Source: an uncultured delta proteobacterium | Lineage (GTDB): Bacteria > Desulfobacterota > RBG-13-43-22 | Length of the DNA stretch: 64,000 nucleotides | NCBI GenBank assembly: GCA_963711835.1 | Contig: CAVQFQ010000004.1 | Span: 320,001-384,000, forward strand | Reading direction: 5' to 3' | In this document: positions 8,564-19,388 of the stretch, one piece after another | Layout of the letters: each line of letters opens with the position of its first letter | Numbering within the stretch: the stretch's first letter is position 1 | Made by a program: the position numbers and the translations under genes | Notes under the pieces: generated by a model | Database searches by the model: none | The model's input: only the letters and a program-made list of their open reading frames with translations | What the model was told of the DNA's origin: nothing

Positions 8564-9580
8564 TCAAATAGGTCCGGATGTATTTCCCAGCACGGCTTCC
8601 TGATACACATACAGGGCCGGCGAGCCGCCGGTATGGACAAAAAGAATCCGGCTATCCCTGGGGAAAAATCCCTTCCGGACCAGGTCAATCAGCCCGGCCA
8701 TGGCCTTGCCGGTATAGACCGGGTCGAGCAGGATCCCTTCGGTCCGGGCCAGGAGTTTGACGGCCTCGGCCATGCCCGGTGTTGGGAGGGAATAGCCGGG
8801 TCCCACGTAATCGTCAAAACAAGTCACCGCTTCCCGGGGGATATCGAAATTGAGACCGACATGTCTGGATGTTTCCCTGACCAGCCCATAAACCAATTCC
8901 TCTTGAGAAACTTTGGATCGGCTGACATTGATCCCGATCACGGGGATATTCATATTGCAGCCATAGAGTCCGGTGACCAGCCCGGCATGGGTGCCGGCGC
9001 TGCCGCTGGCGCAAACGATATATTGGATATCCAGACCCTCTTCAAAGATCTGGGCCTCGATCTCCTGGGCGCAGGCCACATAACCGGTAGCCCCCAGGGG
9101 ATTGGACCCGCCACCGGGAATGATATAGGCCCGTCGGCCTTCGGCGGCCAGGTCACCGGAAACCTCCTGCATGGCTTTCATCATGTTTGATCCGGCTGGA
9201 ACGACGGTAACTTTTTCCACACCGAGTAATCGATACAGGAAATTATTGCCGCTGGCTTCCGGATCATAGCTACCGGGTACCCTTTCTTCCAAGACGAGCC
9301 GGCATTTTAACCCTTCCTTGACGGCCGCGGCCAAGGTAAGCCGGCAGTGGTTGGACTGGATCGCCCCGCAAGTGATAAGGGTATCTGCCCCCTGGGCCAG
9401 GGCTTCGGCCACCAGGAACTCCAGCTTCCGGGTCTTGTTTCCTCCGGCAGCCAGTCCCAGGAGGTCGTCCCGTTTGATGTAAATTTGAGGACCCCCCAAA
9501 GCAGCGGAAAATTGCGGGAGCCTTTCAATAGGCGTCGGCCCTGCAGTGTAGCGCCTCCTTGGAAAACGGGCTAAATTCAT
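8564..9580 (-). CDS. dcyD: D-cysteine desulfhydrase family PLP enzyme (DcyD/CuyA-like)
   Basis: IKRDDL..GGNKTRKLEF, QSNH, SGSAGTHAG, LDPVYTGKA, HTGG. Confidence 0.85.
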   Translation of the reverse strand: MNLARFPRRRYTAGPTPIERLPQFSAALGGPQIYIKRDDLLGLAAGGNKTRKLEFLVAEALAQGADTLITCGAIQSNHCRLTLAAAVKEGLKCRLVLEERVPGSYDPEASGNNFLYRLLGVEKVTVVPAGSNMMKAMQEVSGDLAAEGRRAYIIPGGGSNPLGATGYVACAQEIEAQIFEEGLDIQYIVCASGSAGTHAGLVTGLYGCNMNIPVIGINVSRSKVSQEELVYGLVRETSRHVGLNFDIPREAVTCFDDYVGPGYSLPTPGMAEAVKLLARTEGILLDPVYTGKAMAGLIDLVRKGFFPRDSRILFVHTGGSPALYVYQEAVLGNTSGPI

Positions 9581-9623
9581 CTCAACCTCCTTTCTTATAT
9601 CGCGAGTTGTTATCCAGCTTAGA

Positions 9624-9703
9624 GCATCCGTTATCTGTCATCTGTCATCCGTCATCGTTTTTCCATCCGGCATCTGGCATCCGATATCCAGTATCAAGTA
9701 TCC
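9624..9703. repeat. degenerate 7-mer tandem repeat (CATCCGT/CATCTGT/CATCCGG)
   Basis: About ten imperfect heptamers between era and dcyD. Confidence 0.7.
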
Positions 9704-9707
9704 GCTT

Positions 9708-10610
9708 TTAGGTCTCCTCATACCCGAAGCGCCGGATCTGCCTCGAGTCCCGGCTCCAGTTCTTCTCCACCCGGACCCACAATTCCAAAAAGACCTTCAT
9801 CCCCAATAATCGTTCCATGTCCTGCCGGGCTTGCTGGGCGATGGTCTTTAACATCCCCCCCCCCTTGCCGATCAGAATCCCCTTCTGGGAATCCCGCTCC
9901 ACATGGATGGTGGCCTGGATATGAATCAAGGGTTTATCCTGCCGCTCTTTGAATGATTCCACAGTAACGGCCACGGCATAGGGGACTTCCCGGGAAGTCA
10001 GCCGAAAAATTTTCTCGCGGACGATCTCCCCCACCAGGAATCGTTCAGACAGATCGGTCACCATCTCCTCCGGGAAATAGGGGGGACCCTCAGGCAAGAC
10101 CTCGAAAATTTTCTGCTCCAAAATAGCCAGCCCTTCATTCTTCAAGGCCGACAGGGGAATAATTTCCTGAAATGAAAACATGTTGGCCATCCGGTCTATC
10201 AGGGGCAAGAGCTCCTTTTTATCTATCAGGTCAATCTTATTGATGATCAGAAAAACCGGGGGCTTTAGTCGGATCAGTTTTTGGGCCAGACCCTCGGGGA
10301 TGGGCGCCTGCCCCATGAAGGGTTCAATCAACAGCAGGACCAGATTGACATCACTGAGGGTTTTCAAAGCCGCCTGGACCAGGGCCTGGTTTAATAATCC
10401 CTTGGGCTCCAGGATGCCGGGGGTATCCAGAAAAACAAACTGCCCGCCCGGCACATGTTTGACCCCCACGATCCGGTTGCGTGTGGTCTGGGGCCGCGAC
10501 GAGACAATGGACAGCTTCTGCCCCAATAGGGCGTTCAGCAAAGTTGATTTTCCCACATTGGGCGCCCCGATCAGGGCGATAAAACCGGATTTATAGGCCA
10601 TAGTCACCAT
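9708..10610 (-). CDS. era: GTPase Era
   Basis: GAPNVGKST, PQTTR, DTPG, NKID, KH domain QKGILIGKGG; AAGGA RBS before ATG 10610. Confidence 0.97.
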   Translation of the reverse strand: MVTMAYKSGFIALIGAPNVGKSTLLNALLGQKLSIVSSRPQTTRNRIVGVKHVPGGQFVFLDTPGILEPKGLLNQALVQAALKTLSDVNLVLLLIEPFMGQAPIPEGLAQKLIRLKPPVFLIINKIDLIDKKELLPLIDRMANMFSFQEIIPLSALKNEGLAILEQKIFEVLPEGPPYFPEEMVTDLSERFLVGEIVREKIFRLTSREVPYAVAVTVESFKERQDKPLIHIQATIHVERDSQKGILIGKGGGMLKTIAQQARQDMERLLGMKVFLELWVRVEKNWSRDSRQIRRFGYEET

Positions 10611-11005
10611 TTTATCCTTAAAGACCTTCGGAGATAGGAGTAAATACATGAAAAAAACTCCCCTCTCCATATATGAATATTACACCCTGTAATCGCCAAA
10701 TTCGGTCGCTATTATTTTTGAGAACTTGTAGGTGCTATACGTAACATATCCAGTTTTTTCTCTTATTATTAGTTAGTTACGCTTTATTTCCGTCTACCCC
10801 TTAAAGAAAAGGATCTATTGAGATGCCCTGGTGGGACCGTCGCAAGTGGCCGGGTCCCTTTTCGAAAATAACAGTGGACTTTGGGCAACCGGTTCAAATT
10901 ACCGAGGCCAACTTTAGAGCGGCCTATGATTTGATCTCAAAATAGAATTGCATTTTACGGACCTCGCCCAGACAGGTGACGAAGGTCCTATCTTATTTGG
11001 CTTTC

Positions 11006-11491
11006 TTACCCCTGGGATTTTTTCTCGCGTTGTTTTTCGGCCAGCCGCAAATCCCGCCGGGCCTGGGCTTCACGATGGCGTCGCCTCTCTTCCTCGGTTT
11101 CCAGGATCAAAGGCGGAACTTCGGTGGGATGGCCCTGATTCAGAGCCACAAAGGTCAGGTAGGCCGAGGCGGTATGGCGAACCTCGCCGGTGAGGAAGTT
11201 TTCGGCCTCCACCCTGACCCCCACCTCCAGGGAGGTCCGGCCGACCATGTTCAGGCTGGCTTTGACGGTCAGCAGATCGCCGATAAAAACCGGGCTGTGG
11301 AAATCAAGCCGTTCAATGGAGGCGGTCACTACGTTGCGGCTGGCATGCCGGGCGGCTACGATGCCGGCGGCGGTATCAATGTATTTCATGACCACCCCGC
11401 CGTGGACGTTTCCCGAAAGATTGGCATCCTGCTGGGTCATCTGGTAAACCAGGGTGACGCTGCTGTCCTGGGCCTTTTTTCCTTCCATCAT
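11006..11491 (-). CDS. acyl-CoA thioesterase (hotdog fold, YciA-like)
   Basis: DANLSGNVHGG, VGRTSLEVGVRV, AYLTFVAL. Confidence 0.92.
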   Translation of the reverse strand: MMEGKKAQDSSVTLVYQMTQQDANLSGNVHGGVVMKYIDTAAGIVAARHASRNVVTASIERLDFHSPVFIGDLLTVKASLNMVGRTSLEVGVRVEAENFLTGEVRHTASAYLTFVALNQGHPTEVPPLILETEEERRRHREAQARRDLRLAEKQREKKSQG

Positions 11492-12705
11492 TATGATCCT
11501 TCCAAAAGCCGGTTAAGGGCAGGCCGGTTTATTTGAAGCCAGTGATCAAGTTCGGTCTGCAGTTTTTTCAAGGGGATTTTTTTCTCTCGGCTGATTTTTT
11601 TAAGATCATCGTATTCAATCGAAAAACTGGTCCCGTTTTTGGATGGGGTTTCGGGTCGCCTAACATATTTGACGACCACCTTGCCCCAGGGAGTGGTCAC
11701 CTGTTTTAGCATTCTTTTAAGGGAATAGCGGCTGATTTCATGGATTCGGACCCCCAGGGTGCTGGTCTCGGTGAAAAGAATGTCCCGGAGCGCCACCTGA
11801 TCCCCAGGCTTGGCCAATACCTGGAGCAAGGTCCCCGGCCGATTTTTCTTCATCTGGCAGGGGATCAGGGTTACATCCAGGGCCCCGGCCTCAAAGAGTC
11901 TCTCCATGGCCAGGTCGTACCATTGAGGGTTCATGTCATCGATGTTGGTTTCCAGGACCATCAGCCTCTCCTGGTTAAGGAGCGACGGTTTCTCTCCCAG
12001 CCAGAGCCTCAGGCAATTGGGACGATCGTCCAAGGGCTGCTGGCCAAGGCCGTAGCCGACCCGGGTCAGCGTTGCTGCCGGCGGGGGGCCAAAGGAAGCG
12101 GCGAAGGTTTTTAAAATAGCGGCCCCGGTGGGCGTGACCAGTTCTTTTTCAAGACCCGAGGGTATCAGGGGAACATTTTTCAGCAGGGCCAGTGTGGCCG
12201 GGGCCGGAAGCGGCAAGAGGCCGTGCTGGCTTTTGACCCAGCCCTGGTTGACCGGGACCGGTGAGGCCGTTACCTCCTGAACCTGAAAATAATGGAATCC
12301 GAGAGCCGCTCCGACAATATCCACGATGGTATCCATGGCCCCGATTTCATGAAAATGGACCTCCTCCATTTTTTTCCCATGGATCCTGGCCTCGGCCGCC
12401 GCCAGGTCCTGCAAGGCGGTCAGGCTGTCGGCCTTGATTTTTGTCTCCAGGCCGCTTTGCTCTATCAGGTGCTTGATCTCGCGATAGGTCCGGTGCCGGT
12501 GGCTGTGGCGCCTTTCTTTGACCTGAAGGGCGACTCCGGAAAGCCCGCCCCGTTCCTCCTGCCTGACGGATAATACCAAGTCGGGCAGGCTCATTTTTTT
12601 TAAGGTTTCCCGGAGAAGTTTCTGGGGAAGGCCGAGGTCCAAGAAGGCCCCCAGGACCATGTCCCCGCTGATACCGGAAAAGCAATCGAGGTAAGCTATT
12701 TTCAT
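11491..12705 (-). CDS. larC: nickel pincer cofactor biosynthesis protein LarC
   Basis: DCFSGISGDM, HFHEIGAMD, VTPTGAA, ETNIDD, MKKNRPG, ETSTLGVR. Confidence 0.93.
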   Translation of the reverse strand: MKIAYLDCFSGISGDMVLGAFLDLGLPQKLLRETLKKMSLPDLVLSVRQEERGGLSGVALQVKERRHSHRHRTYREIKHLIEQSGLETKIKADSLTALQDLAAAEARIHGKKMEEVHFHEIGAMDTIVDIVGAALGFHYFQVQEVTASPVPVNQGWVKSQHGLLPLPAPATLALLKNVPLIPSGLEKELVTPTGAAILKTFAASFGPPPAATLTRVGYGLGQQPLDDRPNCLRLWLGEKPSLLNQERLMVLETNIDDMNPQWYDLAMERLFEAGALDVTLIPCQMKKNRPGTLLQVLAKPGDQVALRDILFTETSTLGVRIHEISRYSLKRMLKQVTTPWGKVVVKYVRRPETPSKNGTSFSIEYDDLKKISREKKIPLKKLQTELDHWLQINRPALNRLLEGS

Positions 12706-12759
12706 CCTGGCCTCTCAGTAAGATGGTTGCCGGCCGTTTTCCGATCCCCCTGCCCTGGG

Positions 12760-15201
12760 TCAGCCGGCCTTTTTCTTTAGAGACAGCTTGCCCAGCGGCA
12801 GTTTTCGGACCAGGCCTTTTCGCCTGACCAGGGCCCGTTTGATGACTTCATCGATATCCTTAACCAGGACAAATTGAAGCCGCCGGCGGATATGAGGGGG
12901 AATTTCCATCAAGTCTTTTTTATTTTGTTCAGGCAGAAGAACGGTCTTAATCTTGGCCCGGAGGGCGGCCAGGACCTTTTCCTTCAACCCGCCTATCGGA
13001 AGGACCTTGCCCCGGAGGGTGATTTCCCCGGTCATGGCCACATCCCGGTTCACGGGAATTCTGGTCAGGGCCGAAATCAGAGAGGTCACCAGGGTGACCC
13101 CGGCGGAAGGTCCGTCTTTGGGGATGGCCCCGGCCGGGATATGAATGTGGATATCCAGGGTCTCATAAAAATTATCCCGGAGATGAAGGCTTTCGGCCCG
13201 GGAGCGGGCATAACTTAAGGCGGCCTGAGCCGACTCTTTCATGACCTCCCCCAACTGGCCGGTCAGGGTAAAATTTCCCTTGCCTTTCATGAGCATGGTT
13301 TCTATGGTCAGCACTTCTCCCCCGGTCTGGGTCCAGGCCAGCCCGGTGGCCACCCCCACTTCATGCGCGGACCGTATTTCATTGGGCAGGAAGTTGGGGG
13401 CCCCTAAAAAACGGTGCAGGTTGATCCGTGAAACGGTAAAAGGCCCTTTTTCTCCTTCGGCCACTTTGCGGGCCACCTTGCGGCAGAGTTTGCCCAGTTC
13501 TTTTTCCAGATTTCGCAAGCCGGCCTCTTCGGTGTATTCGTTGATGACCTTGACGATGGTTTGCGGGCCGATTTTAAAGAGATCCGGAGTCAGGCCGTGT
13601 TCTCGAAGCCCTTTGGGCAAAAGATAATTTTGGGCGATTTTCAGCTTTTCTTCCTCGGTATAACCCGGGATTTCAATGACCTCCATACGGTCGCGGAGGG
13701 CCGAGGGGATCGGGTCGGTTGTATTGGCCGTGGTGATAAACATGACCGGCGACAAATCATAAGGGAGGTTGAGGTAATGGTCGCTGAAGCCGAAGTTCTG
13801 TTCCGGGTCCAGGACCTCCAGCAAGGCGGCCGCCGGATTTCCCCTGAAATCGGAGCCGATCTTATCGATCTCATCCAGCATAAAAACCGGGTTGTTGGTG
13901 CCCACCTGCTTCAAGCCCTGGAGGATCCGGCCCGGCAGGGCCCCGATGTAGGTGCGGCGATGCCCCCTTATTTCAGCCTCGTCCCGAATCCCTCCCAGGG
14001 AAATCCGGATAAATTTTCGACCCATAGCCCGGGCAATGGAACGTCCCAGGGAGGTCTTGCCTACCCCTGGAGGCCCCACCAGGCAGAGGATCGGCCCTTT
14101 CATCTTGGGGTTCAATTTCCGGACGCTCAGGAATTCCAGGATCCTTTCCTTAACGGGTTTTAAGTCATAATGGTCCTGATCCAGGATTTTCTGAGCGGTT
14201 TTAACCTTGATTTTGTCCCGGGTCCTTTTATTCCAGGGCAGGGAAACGATCCAGTCCAGATAGGTTCTGATGATGGAGGTTTCGGCCGAATCGGGATGCA
14301 TCTGCTCCAACCGGGAAACCTGTTTAAGGGCTTCCTCCTCGGCTTCGGGAGGCATCTTGAGTTGGGTTATCTTGGTTTTATATTCCTTAAGTTCGGTATT
14401 CCGGTCATCGAATTCACCCAATTCCCGCCGGATAGCCCGCAATTGCTCCCGAAGAAAATATTCCCGCTGCCCCCGGTTCATTTCCTCCTTGGCCTCCGAA
14501 TGGATGCGGGCCTGGACCGTTGAGACCTGCACCTCTTTGATCAGGTAGTCGTTGATTTTTTCAAGCCGCAGCAAAGGATCAAAGATTTCCAGAATCGCCT
14601 GAGCCTCCTCGACCTTGAGGCGCAAATTGCTGGCCACCAGATCGGCCAGGGGTCCGGGTTCCTCCAAACCCTGTAAAATGGCCACAACATCCTGGGAAAG
14701 CATGCCCTTGAGCGAGAGGATTTTTTCACTTTGTTCCCGCACCGTCCGCATTAAGGCTTCCATTTCAATCTGGTCCCGGGAGGGGGGCGGCTCAACGATC
14801 ATCTCGAGGTCAACCTGCCTGATGGGACGCAGGATCGGAAAGGCCTTGATCCTGGCCCGGCCCACACCCTGGACCAGGATTTTCAGGCTCAAGTCGGGCA
14901 ATTTCAACATCCGCAGGATCATGGCCACCGTCCCGATGGAATAAAGATCATCCGGCCCGGGATCCTCGATCAGGGGATCCTTCTGGGCGGTCAGAAGGAC
15001 CAGGCGGTCTTCGGCAACCGCCTTCTCTACGGCCAGCGTGGATCCCTCCCGATTTACTAATAAGGGCAAGATCATATTGGGAAAAATGACAATATCCCTG
15101 ACCGGAATGAGGGGCAGGGTAGAGGGAATGGTGAGTTCCCGAAAGGGTTCTCCCAATATCCGTTCTGTTTCAAATTCAAAGTCCTGATTGGCCATGGGCA
15201 T
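12760..15201 (-). CDS. lon: ATP-dependent Lon protease
   Basis: [35 protein letters not shown]. Confidence 0.98.
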   Translation of the reverse strand: MPMANQDFEFETERILGEPFRELTIPSTLPLIPVRDIVIFPNMILPLLVNREGSTLAVEKAVAEDRLVLLTAQKDPLIEDPGPDDLYSIGTVAMILRMLKLPDLSLKILVQGVGRARIKAFPILRPIRQVDLEMIVEPPPSRDQIEMEALMRTVREQSEKILSLKGMLSQDVVAILQGLEEPGPLADLVASNLRLKVEEAQAILEIFDPLLRLEKINDYLIKEVQVSTVQARIHSEAKEEMNRGQREYFLREQLRAIRRELGEFDDRNTELKEYKTKITQLKMPPEAEEEALKQVSRLEQMHPDSAETSIIRTYLDWIVSLPWNKRTRDKIKVKTAQKILDQDHYDLKPVKERILEFLSVRKLNPKMKGPILCLVGPPGVGKTSLGRSIARAMGRKFIRISLGGIRDEAEIRGHRRTYIGALPGRILQGLKQVGTNNPVFMLDEIDKIGSDFRGNPAAALLEVLDPEQNFGFSDHYLNLPYDLSPVMFITTANTTDPIPSALRDRMEVIEIPGYTEEEKLKIAQNYLLPKGLREHGLTPDLFKIGPQTIVKVINEYTEEAGLRNLEKELGKLCRKVARKVAEGEKGPFTVSRINLHRFLGAPNFLPNEIRSAHEVGVATGLAWTQTGGEVLTIETMLMKGKGNFTLTGQLGEVMKESAQAALSYARSRAESLHLRDNFYETLDIHIHIPAGAIPKDGPSAGVTLVTSLISALTRIPVNRDVAMTGEITLRGKVLPIGGLKEKVLAALRAKIKTVLLPEQNKKDLMEIPPHIRRRLQFVLVKDIDEVIKRALVRRKGLVRKLPLGKLSLKKKAG

Positions 15202-15519
15202 TATTCCTTAAAGCGCGCTATTGATAGTAAAACCAATTGGTTAACAGGGAGGTAATCCTAACCAGAAGTTGAGCGGGGACTTACCCTTTCCCCTGGGGTT
15301 TTTCAGGGGAAAACTCGGTCTTGAGGTCTACTTTAAAAGGTTCCCGGGGATACGTCAAGGGATTTAGGAGGATTCATCTGAAAGGGTTTGAACAGGATCT
15401 GATTTTACTTGACATTTGTCCTTATTTCCATAATTGTAACAGAGTGAATTTATTATTATAAGGATCAGATTAAGGGTATAGGGTTAATTTAGGTTCAAAT
15501 ACTTAAGAGGAGGCCAAGT

Positions 15520-16719
15520 ATGAAATTCGGCAAAGGGATGGTTTGGGTCGGTTGTTTCTTTTTTTTAATGGCCATGATGGGCAGCCCCGGACTGGGATCG
15601 GCTGCCGACACCATCAAGGTGGGGATCATTCTCCCCTTAACCGGTGAGAAGGCCAAATTCGGAGAAATTGAGAAGAACTCCTTCAAGATGGCCCTGGATG
15701 AGATTAATAAGACCGCTATAAAAGGAAAGAAGATTGAACTCTTGATTGAAGACGATACCGGTAAACCGGATATCGCCCGGGCAGCGGTTGAAAAGCTCGT
15801 CTCCAAGGACAATGTCGTTATGCTTGGGGGGGGCTATGGAAGCTCGGAAACCTACTCTATTGCCGGAGTAGCCCAGCAGAAGAAGATCCCCTTCCTGATC
15901 AATACCGGGTCGGCCGATGACATTACCGAGAAGGGCTGGAATTTTGTCTTCCGGCTCAATCCGGCAGTCAGTGATTATGCCAACGCGGCCGAATCCTTTT
16001 ATAAGGAAATAGCCAAACCCAAGACGGCCGTCATTCTTTTTGAAAACACCCTCTTCGGCACCAGCGGTTCCAAAGACGCTGAAAAGGGATTAAAAGAAAT
16101 GGGGATCCAGATCCTTCTTAAAGAGGGTTATGAACACGGGGCCGTGGATTTCAAACCCCTCCTGATTAAAGTCAAGAACGGTAATCCGGATCTGGTCTAT
16201 ATGATCTCTTATGTAATGGATGCCGCCTTAATCATGCGGCAGGCCATGGAGCTGGATATCAATCCCAAGATGTTCGTCGGCGGAGGGGCCGGCTTCACCC
16301 TGCCTGATTTCTATCAAAATACCGGTAAAGCCGCTGAGGGGGTTTTCTCGGCCGATCTCTGGGTACCGACCCTTCCTTATCCCGGGGCCAAAGAGTATTA
16401 TAACAATTATAAAAAATTATATGGCAAGGATACTGAATATCACGGGGCGGAGGCCTATGCCGCCTTGTACGTCATTGCCGATGTCTTGAAACGTGCTAAA
16501 TCTTTATCTCCGGATGACATCCGCCAAGCCCTGGCCACCACCGACCTGATGACCGTTTTCGGACCGGTCAAGTTTGTTTCCTACGGTAAAAAAACCAACC
16601 AAAATAAACTTCCAACGTATCTGGTACAATGGATCAACGGGAAGCTGGAGTGCGTCTGGCCCAAGCAATATGCCACCGCTCCCTATATTTTTCCCCATAA
16701 ACCCTGGAAAACTCGGTAA
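15520..16719 (+). CDS. branched-chain amino acid-type ABC transporter substrate-binding protein
   Basis: Signal peptide, IKVGIILPLTG, first gene of a liv-type operon; GAGGAGG RBS. Confidence 0.9.
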   Translation: MKFGKGMVWVGCFFFLMAMMGSPGLGSAADTIKVGIILPLTGEKAKFGEIEKNSFKMALDEINKTAIKGKKIELLIEDDTGKPDIARAAVEKLVSKDNVVMLGGGYGSSETYSIAGVAQQKKIPFLINTGSADDITEKGWNFVFRLNPAVSDYANAAESFYKEIAKPKTAVILFENTLFGTSGSKDAEKGLKEMGIQILLKEGYEHGAVDFKPLLIKVKNGNPDLVYMISYVMDAALIMRQAMELDINPKMFVGGGAGFTLPDFYQNTGKAAEGVFSADLWVPTLPYPGAKEYYNNYKKLYGKDTEYHGAEAYAALYVIADVLKRAKSLSPDDIRQALATTDLMTVFGPVKFVSYGKKTNQNKLPTYLVQWINGKLECVWPKQYATAPYIFPHKPWKTR

Positions 16720-16735
16720 GCATCACATTAGAAAC

Positions 16736-16763
16736 GAAGGGGCAGAATTTCTTCTGCCCCTTC
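16736..16763 (+). terminator. intercistronic hairpin after the binding-protein gene
   Basis: GAAGGGGCAGAA-TTTC-TTCTGCCCCTTC perfect 12-bp stem; no long U tract, so it may be an mRNA stabiliser. Confidence 0.6.
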
Positions 16764-16797
16764 TTCATCAATCCGAACTCCTTGAAGGAAAGCCGCT

Positions 16798-17673
16798 ATG
16801 GATGTTTTTACCCAAACCTTGGTTGCTGGCATTCTTATTGGAGGGCTTTACGCCCTGATTGGGATCGGTATGACTCTGATCATGGGCGTCATGGGGATCA
16901 TCAACCTGGCCCATGGGCAGATCATGATGATGGCCATGTACATCACCTTTGTCTGTTTCAAGTATTTCAGCATGGACCCCTATATTTCCCTCCTGGTAAC
17001 CATGCCGGCCCTGTTTTTATTGGGCCTTTTTATCGGCAAATACCTCCTCGATCCTTTAATCGGGAGGGAATCCATTTTACCCGAAAACCAGGTCCTGATG
17101 ACTGTGGGCATCGGTCTCTGCTTGACCGAGATCATGCGCTTTATCTTTAGCTCCGACTATCAGTCCGTTCGGATCAGCTATGGAAATAAAGTCCTTCATG
17201 CTGGGGGGTTCTCCTTTAATTTTCCCTTAACCATTGCCTTTCTTCTGGCCGTGGTTTTGACGGCCGGGTTATTTTTTTTCCTGATGAAAACCGATCTTGG
17301 GCGGGCCATTCGGGCCACGGCCCAGGACAAAGACGCGGCGACTTTGATGGGTATTCCCCAGAGGAAAATCACCTATTCCACCTATGCCCTGGGTTCGGCC
17401 CTAACTGCAGCGGCCGGCACTCTGCTCCTGCCGGTCTATTATCTTTTCCCGGATATAGGGGGTCCCTTTACCTTAAAGGCCTTTGTCATTACTATCCTGG
17501 GCGGCCTGGGAAGTACCGTGGGGGCCATCCTGGGAGGGCTGACCCTCGGCATTGCTGAGTCCATGGGTGCCACCTACATCTCCATGGGCTATAAGGATGC
17601 AGTGGGGATGGTCATTTTCCTTTTGGTCCTGATCTTTCTCCCCGGCGGTCTCAAACGACTGACTAAAATATAA
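16798..17673 (+). CDS. livH: ABC permease LivH-type
   Basis: [23 protein letters not shown]. Confidence 0.88.
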   Translation: MDVFTQTLVAGILIGGLYALIGIGMTLIMGVMGIINLAHGQIMMMAMYITFVCFKYFSMDPYISLLVTMPALFLLGLFIGKYLLDPLIGRESILPENQVLMTVGIGLCLTEIMRFIFSSDYQSVRISYGNKVLHAGGFSFNFPLTIAFLLAVVLTAGLFFFLMKTDLGRAIRATAQDKDAATLMGIPQRKITYSTYALGSALTAAAGTLLLPVYYLFPDIGGPFTLKAFVITILGGLGSTVGAILGGLTLGIAESMGATYISMGYKDAVGMVIFLLVLIFLPGGLKRLTKI

Positions 17674-17686
17674 GGGGGAACAAGCC

Positions 17687-18649
17687 ATGAACACTAAGAA
17701 CAGAATCTGGGTCCTGATCCTCCTTATCGCCGCGGTGCTATTGCCTTTAGTCATAAACCATGATTATTATCAGCACTTGATGATCCTGGTGTTAATCTGG
17801 GTCGTCATCGGGACTTCCTGGAATCTCTTGGCCGGCTATACCGGACAGGTCTCCTTCGGCCATGCGGCCTTTTTCGGTATAGGGGCTTACACGGCCGGTA
17901 TCCTTCATAGCAAATTAAGCCTCTCTCCCTGGTGGGGGATGCTTTTCGGAGGATTTTCAGCCGTAATTTTGGGGCTGTTGATCGGCTACCTCTGCTTCCG
18001 TCTGCGAGGCCCCTATTTTGCCCTGGCCACCCTGGCTTCGGGAGAAATCTTGAGGCTGATTGCCAACAATTGGGTGGATTTTACCGAGGGCATGGTGGGG
18101 ATCCTGACTATTCAGACCTTCGGCAGCAAGTTGCCTTATTATTACATCGTCCTGGCCGTCGCAGCCGCCTGTATCGGCGCCATCTACCTGGTGATGAAAT
18201 CCAAATGGGGGTATTACTTCGTCTCCATTCGGGAGGACCAGGATGCCGCCGAATCGCTGGGTATCAACACGACCCTCTACAAAAACGTCTCTTTAATAAT
18301 CAGTTCTTTTTTTACCGGCCTGGCTGGGGCTTTTTATATGAATTATATGGGATTCATCGATCCTTCGGTGGTTTTTTCCCTCCACAATATCTCCATTCAG
18401 GCCATTTTGGTTGGGATCATCGGAGGGGTGGCCACGATCTGGGGACCCGCCATAGGGGCCCTGGTCATGGTGGGGATACAGGAACTTTTCCGGACCTCCA
18501 TCTTCGGGCTGGCCCCCCAATGGGTCAGCCAGGGTCATGCCCTGGCCTTTGGTCTCCTGGTGGTCTTGACCATTCTTTTCCTTTCCAACGGTCTGGTGGG
18601 GGACTGGGCCAAGATCAAAGGGGTTTTCATTAAAAAGCCTTCAATATGA
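17687..18649 (+). CDS. livM: ABC permease LivM-type
   Basis: GYTGQVSFGHAAF, LRGPYFAL, IREDQDAAESLG. Confidence 0.88.
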   Translation: MNTKNRIWVLILLIAAVLLPLVINHDYYQHLMILVLIWVVIGTSWNLLAGYTGQVSFGHAAFFGIGAYTAGILHSKLSLSPWWGMLFGGFSAVILGLLIGYLCFRLRGPYFALATLASGEILRLIANNWVDFTEGMVGILTIQTFGSKLPYYYIVLAVAAACIGAIYLVMKSKWGYYFVSIREDQDAAESLGINTTLYKNVSLIISSFFTGLAGAFYMNYMGFIDPSVVFSLHNISIQAILVGIIGGVATIWGPAIGALVMVGIQELFRTSIFGLAPQWVSQGHALAFGLLVVLTILFLSNGLVGDWAKIKGVFIKKPSI

Positions 18650-18659
18650 GGATTCGGCC

Positions 18660-19388
18660 ATGGACATTTTTGAAGCCCGCAATATCGTCAAATACTTCGG
18701 CGGATTATCAGCCGTTAACGGGGTCAGTTTCCAGGTCAACCAAGGGGAAATTTTCGGCTTAATCGGGCCCAATGGCTCCGGGAAGACGACTATTTTTAAC
18801 CTAATCAACAACTATTTCCCCCTGACTTCGGGAGACCTTTTTTTTAAAGGGCGGAGCATTTCCCGAATGAAGACTCACAAGATCTGTCATTTGGGGATTG
18901 CCCGGACCTTTCAAGTCGTCAAACCCCTGGCCCGGATGAGCGTCCTGGATAATGTTATTGCCTCGGCCTTTTGCCGGGTGAATACGATCAAGGAAGCCCA
19001 GCGGTTGGCTTTGGAAATCATTGAATTCTGCGGCCTCTCAGCCTATAAAGACCAGCCGGCCAAAAGTCTGCCGATCGGCCTGCGCAAGCGTTTAGAAATA
19101 ACCAGGGCCTTAGCCACCAAGCCCGACCTCCTTTTGCTGGATGAAACGGCTGCCGGGCTGACTCCCAAGGAGTCCGATTTGGCCATTGAACTGATCAAAG
19201 AGATTAACCGCCGTGGTGTGACCATTATCATTATTGAGCATGTTATGAAGGTGATTATGACGATTTCGAATCGGATATTGGCTATCAATCATGGCCAACC
19301 CATCGCTGCGGGGACACCGGAAGAGGTTTCCCAGAATCCTCAAGTGATCGAGGCCTATTTGGGAGAAGAATATGTTAAGGGTCAATAA
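18660..19388 (+). CDS. livG: ABC ATP-binding protein LivG-type
   Basis: GPNGSGKTT, GIARTFQ, VIEAYLG. Confidence 0.9.
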   Translation: MDIFEARNIVKYFGGLSAVNGVSFQVNQGEIFGLIGPNGSGKTTIFNLINNYFPLTSGDLFFKGRSISRMKTHKICHLGIARTFQVVKPLARMSVLDNVIASAFCRVNTIKEAQRLALEIIEFCGLSAYKDQPAKSLPIGLRKRLEITRALATKPDLLLLDETAAGLTPKESDLAIELIKEINRRGVTIIIIEHVMKVIMTISNRILAINHGQPIAAGTPEEVSQNPQVIEAYLGEEYVKGQ

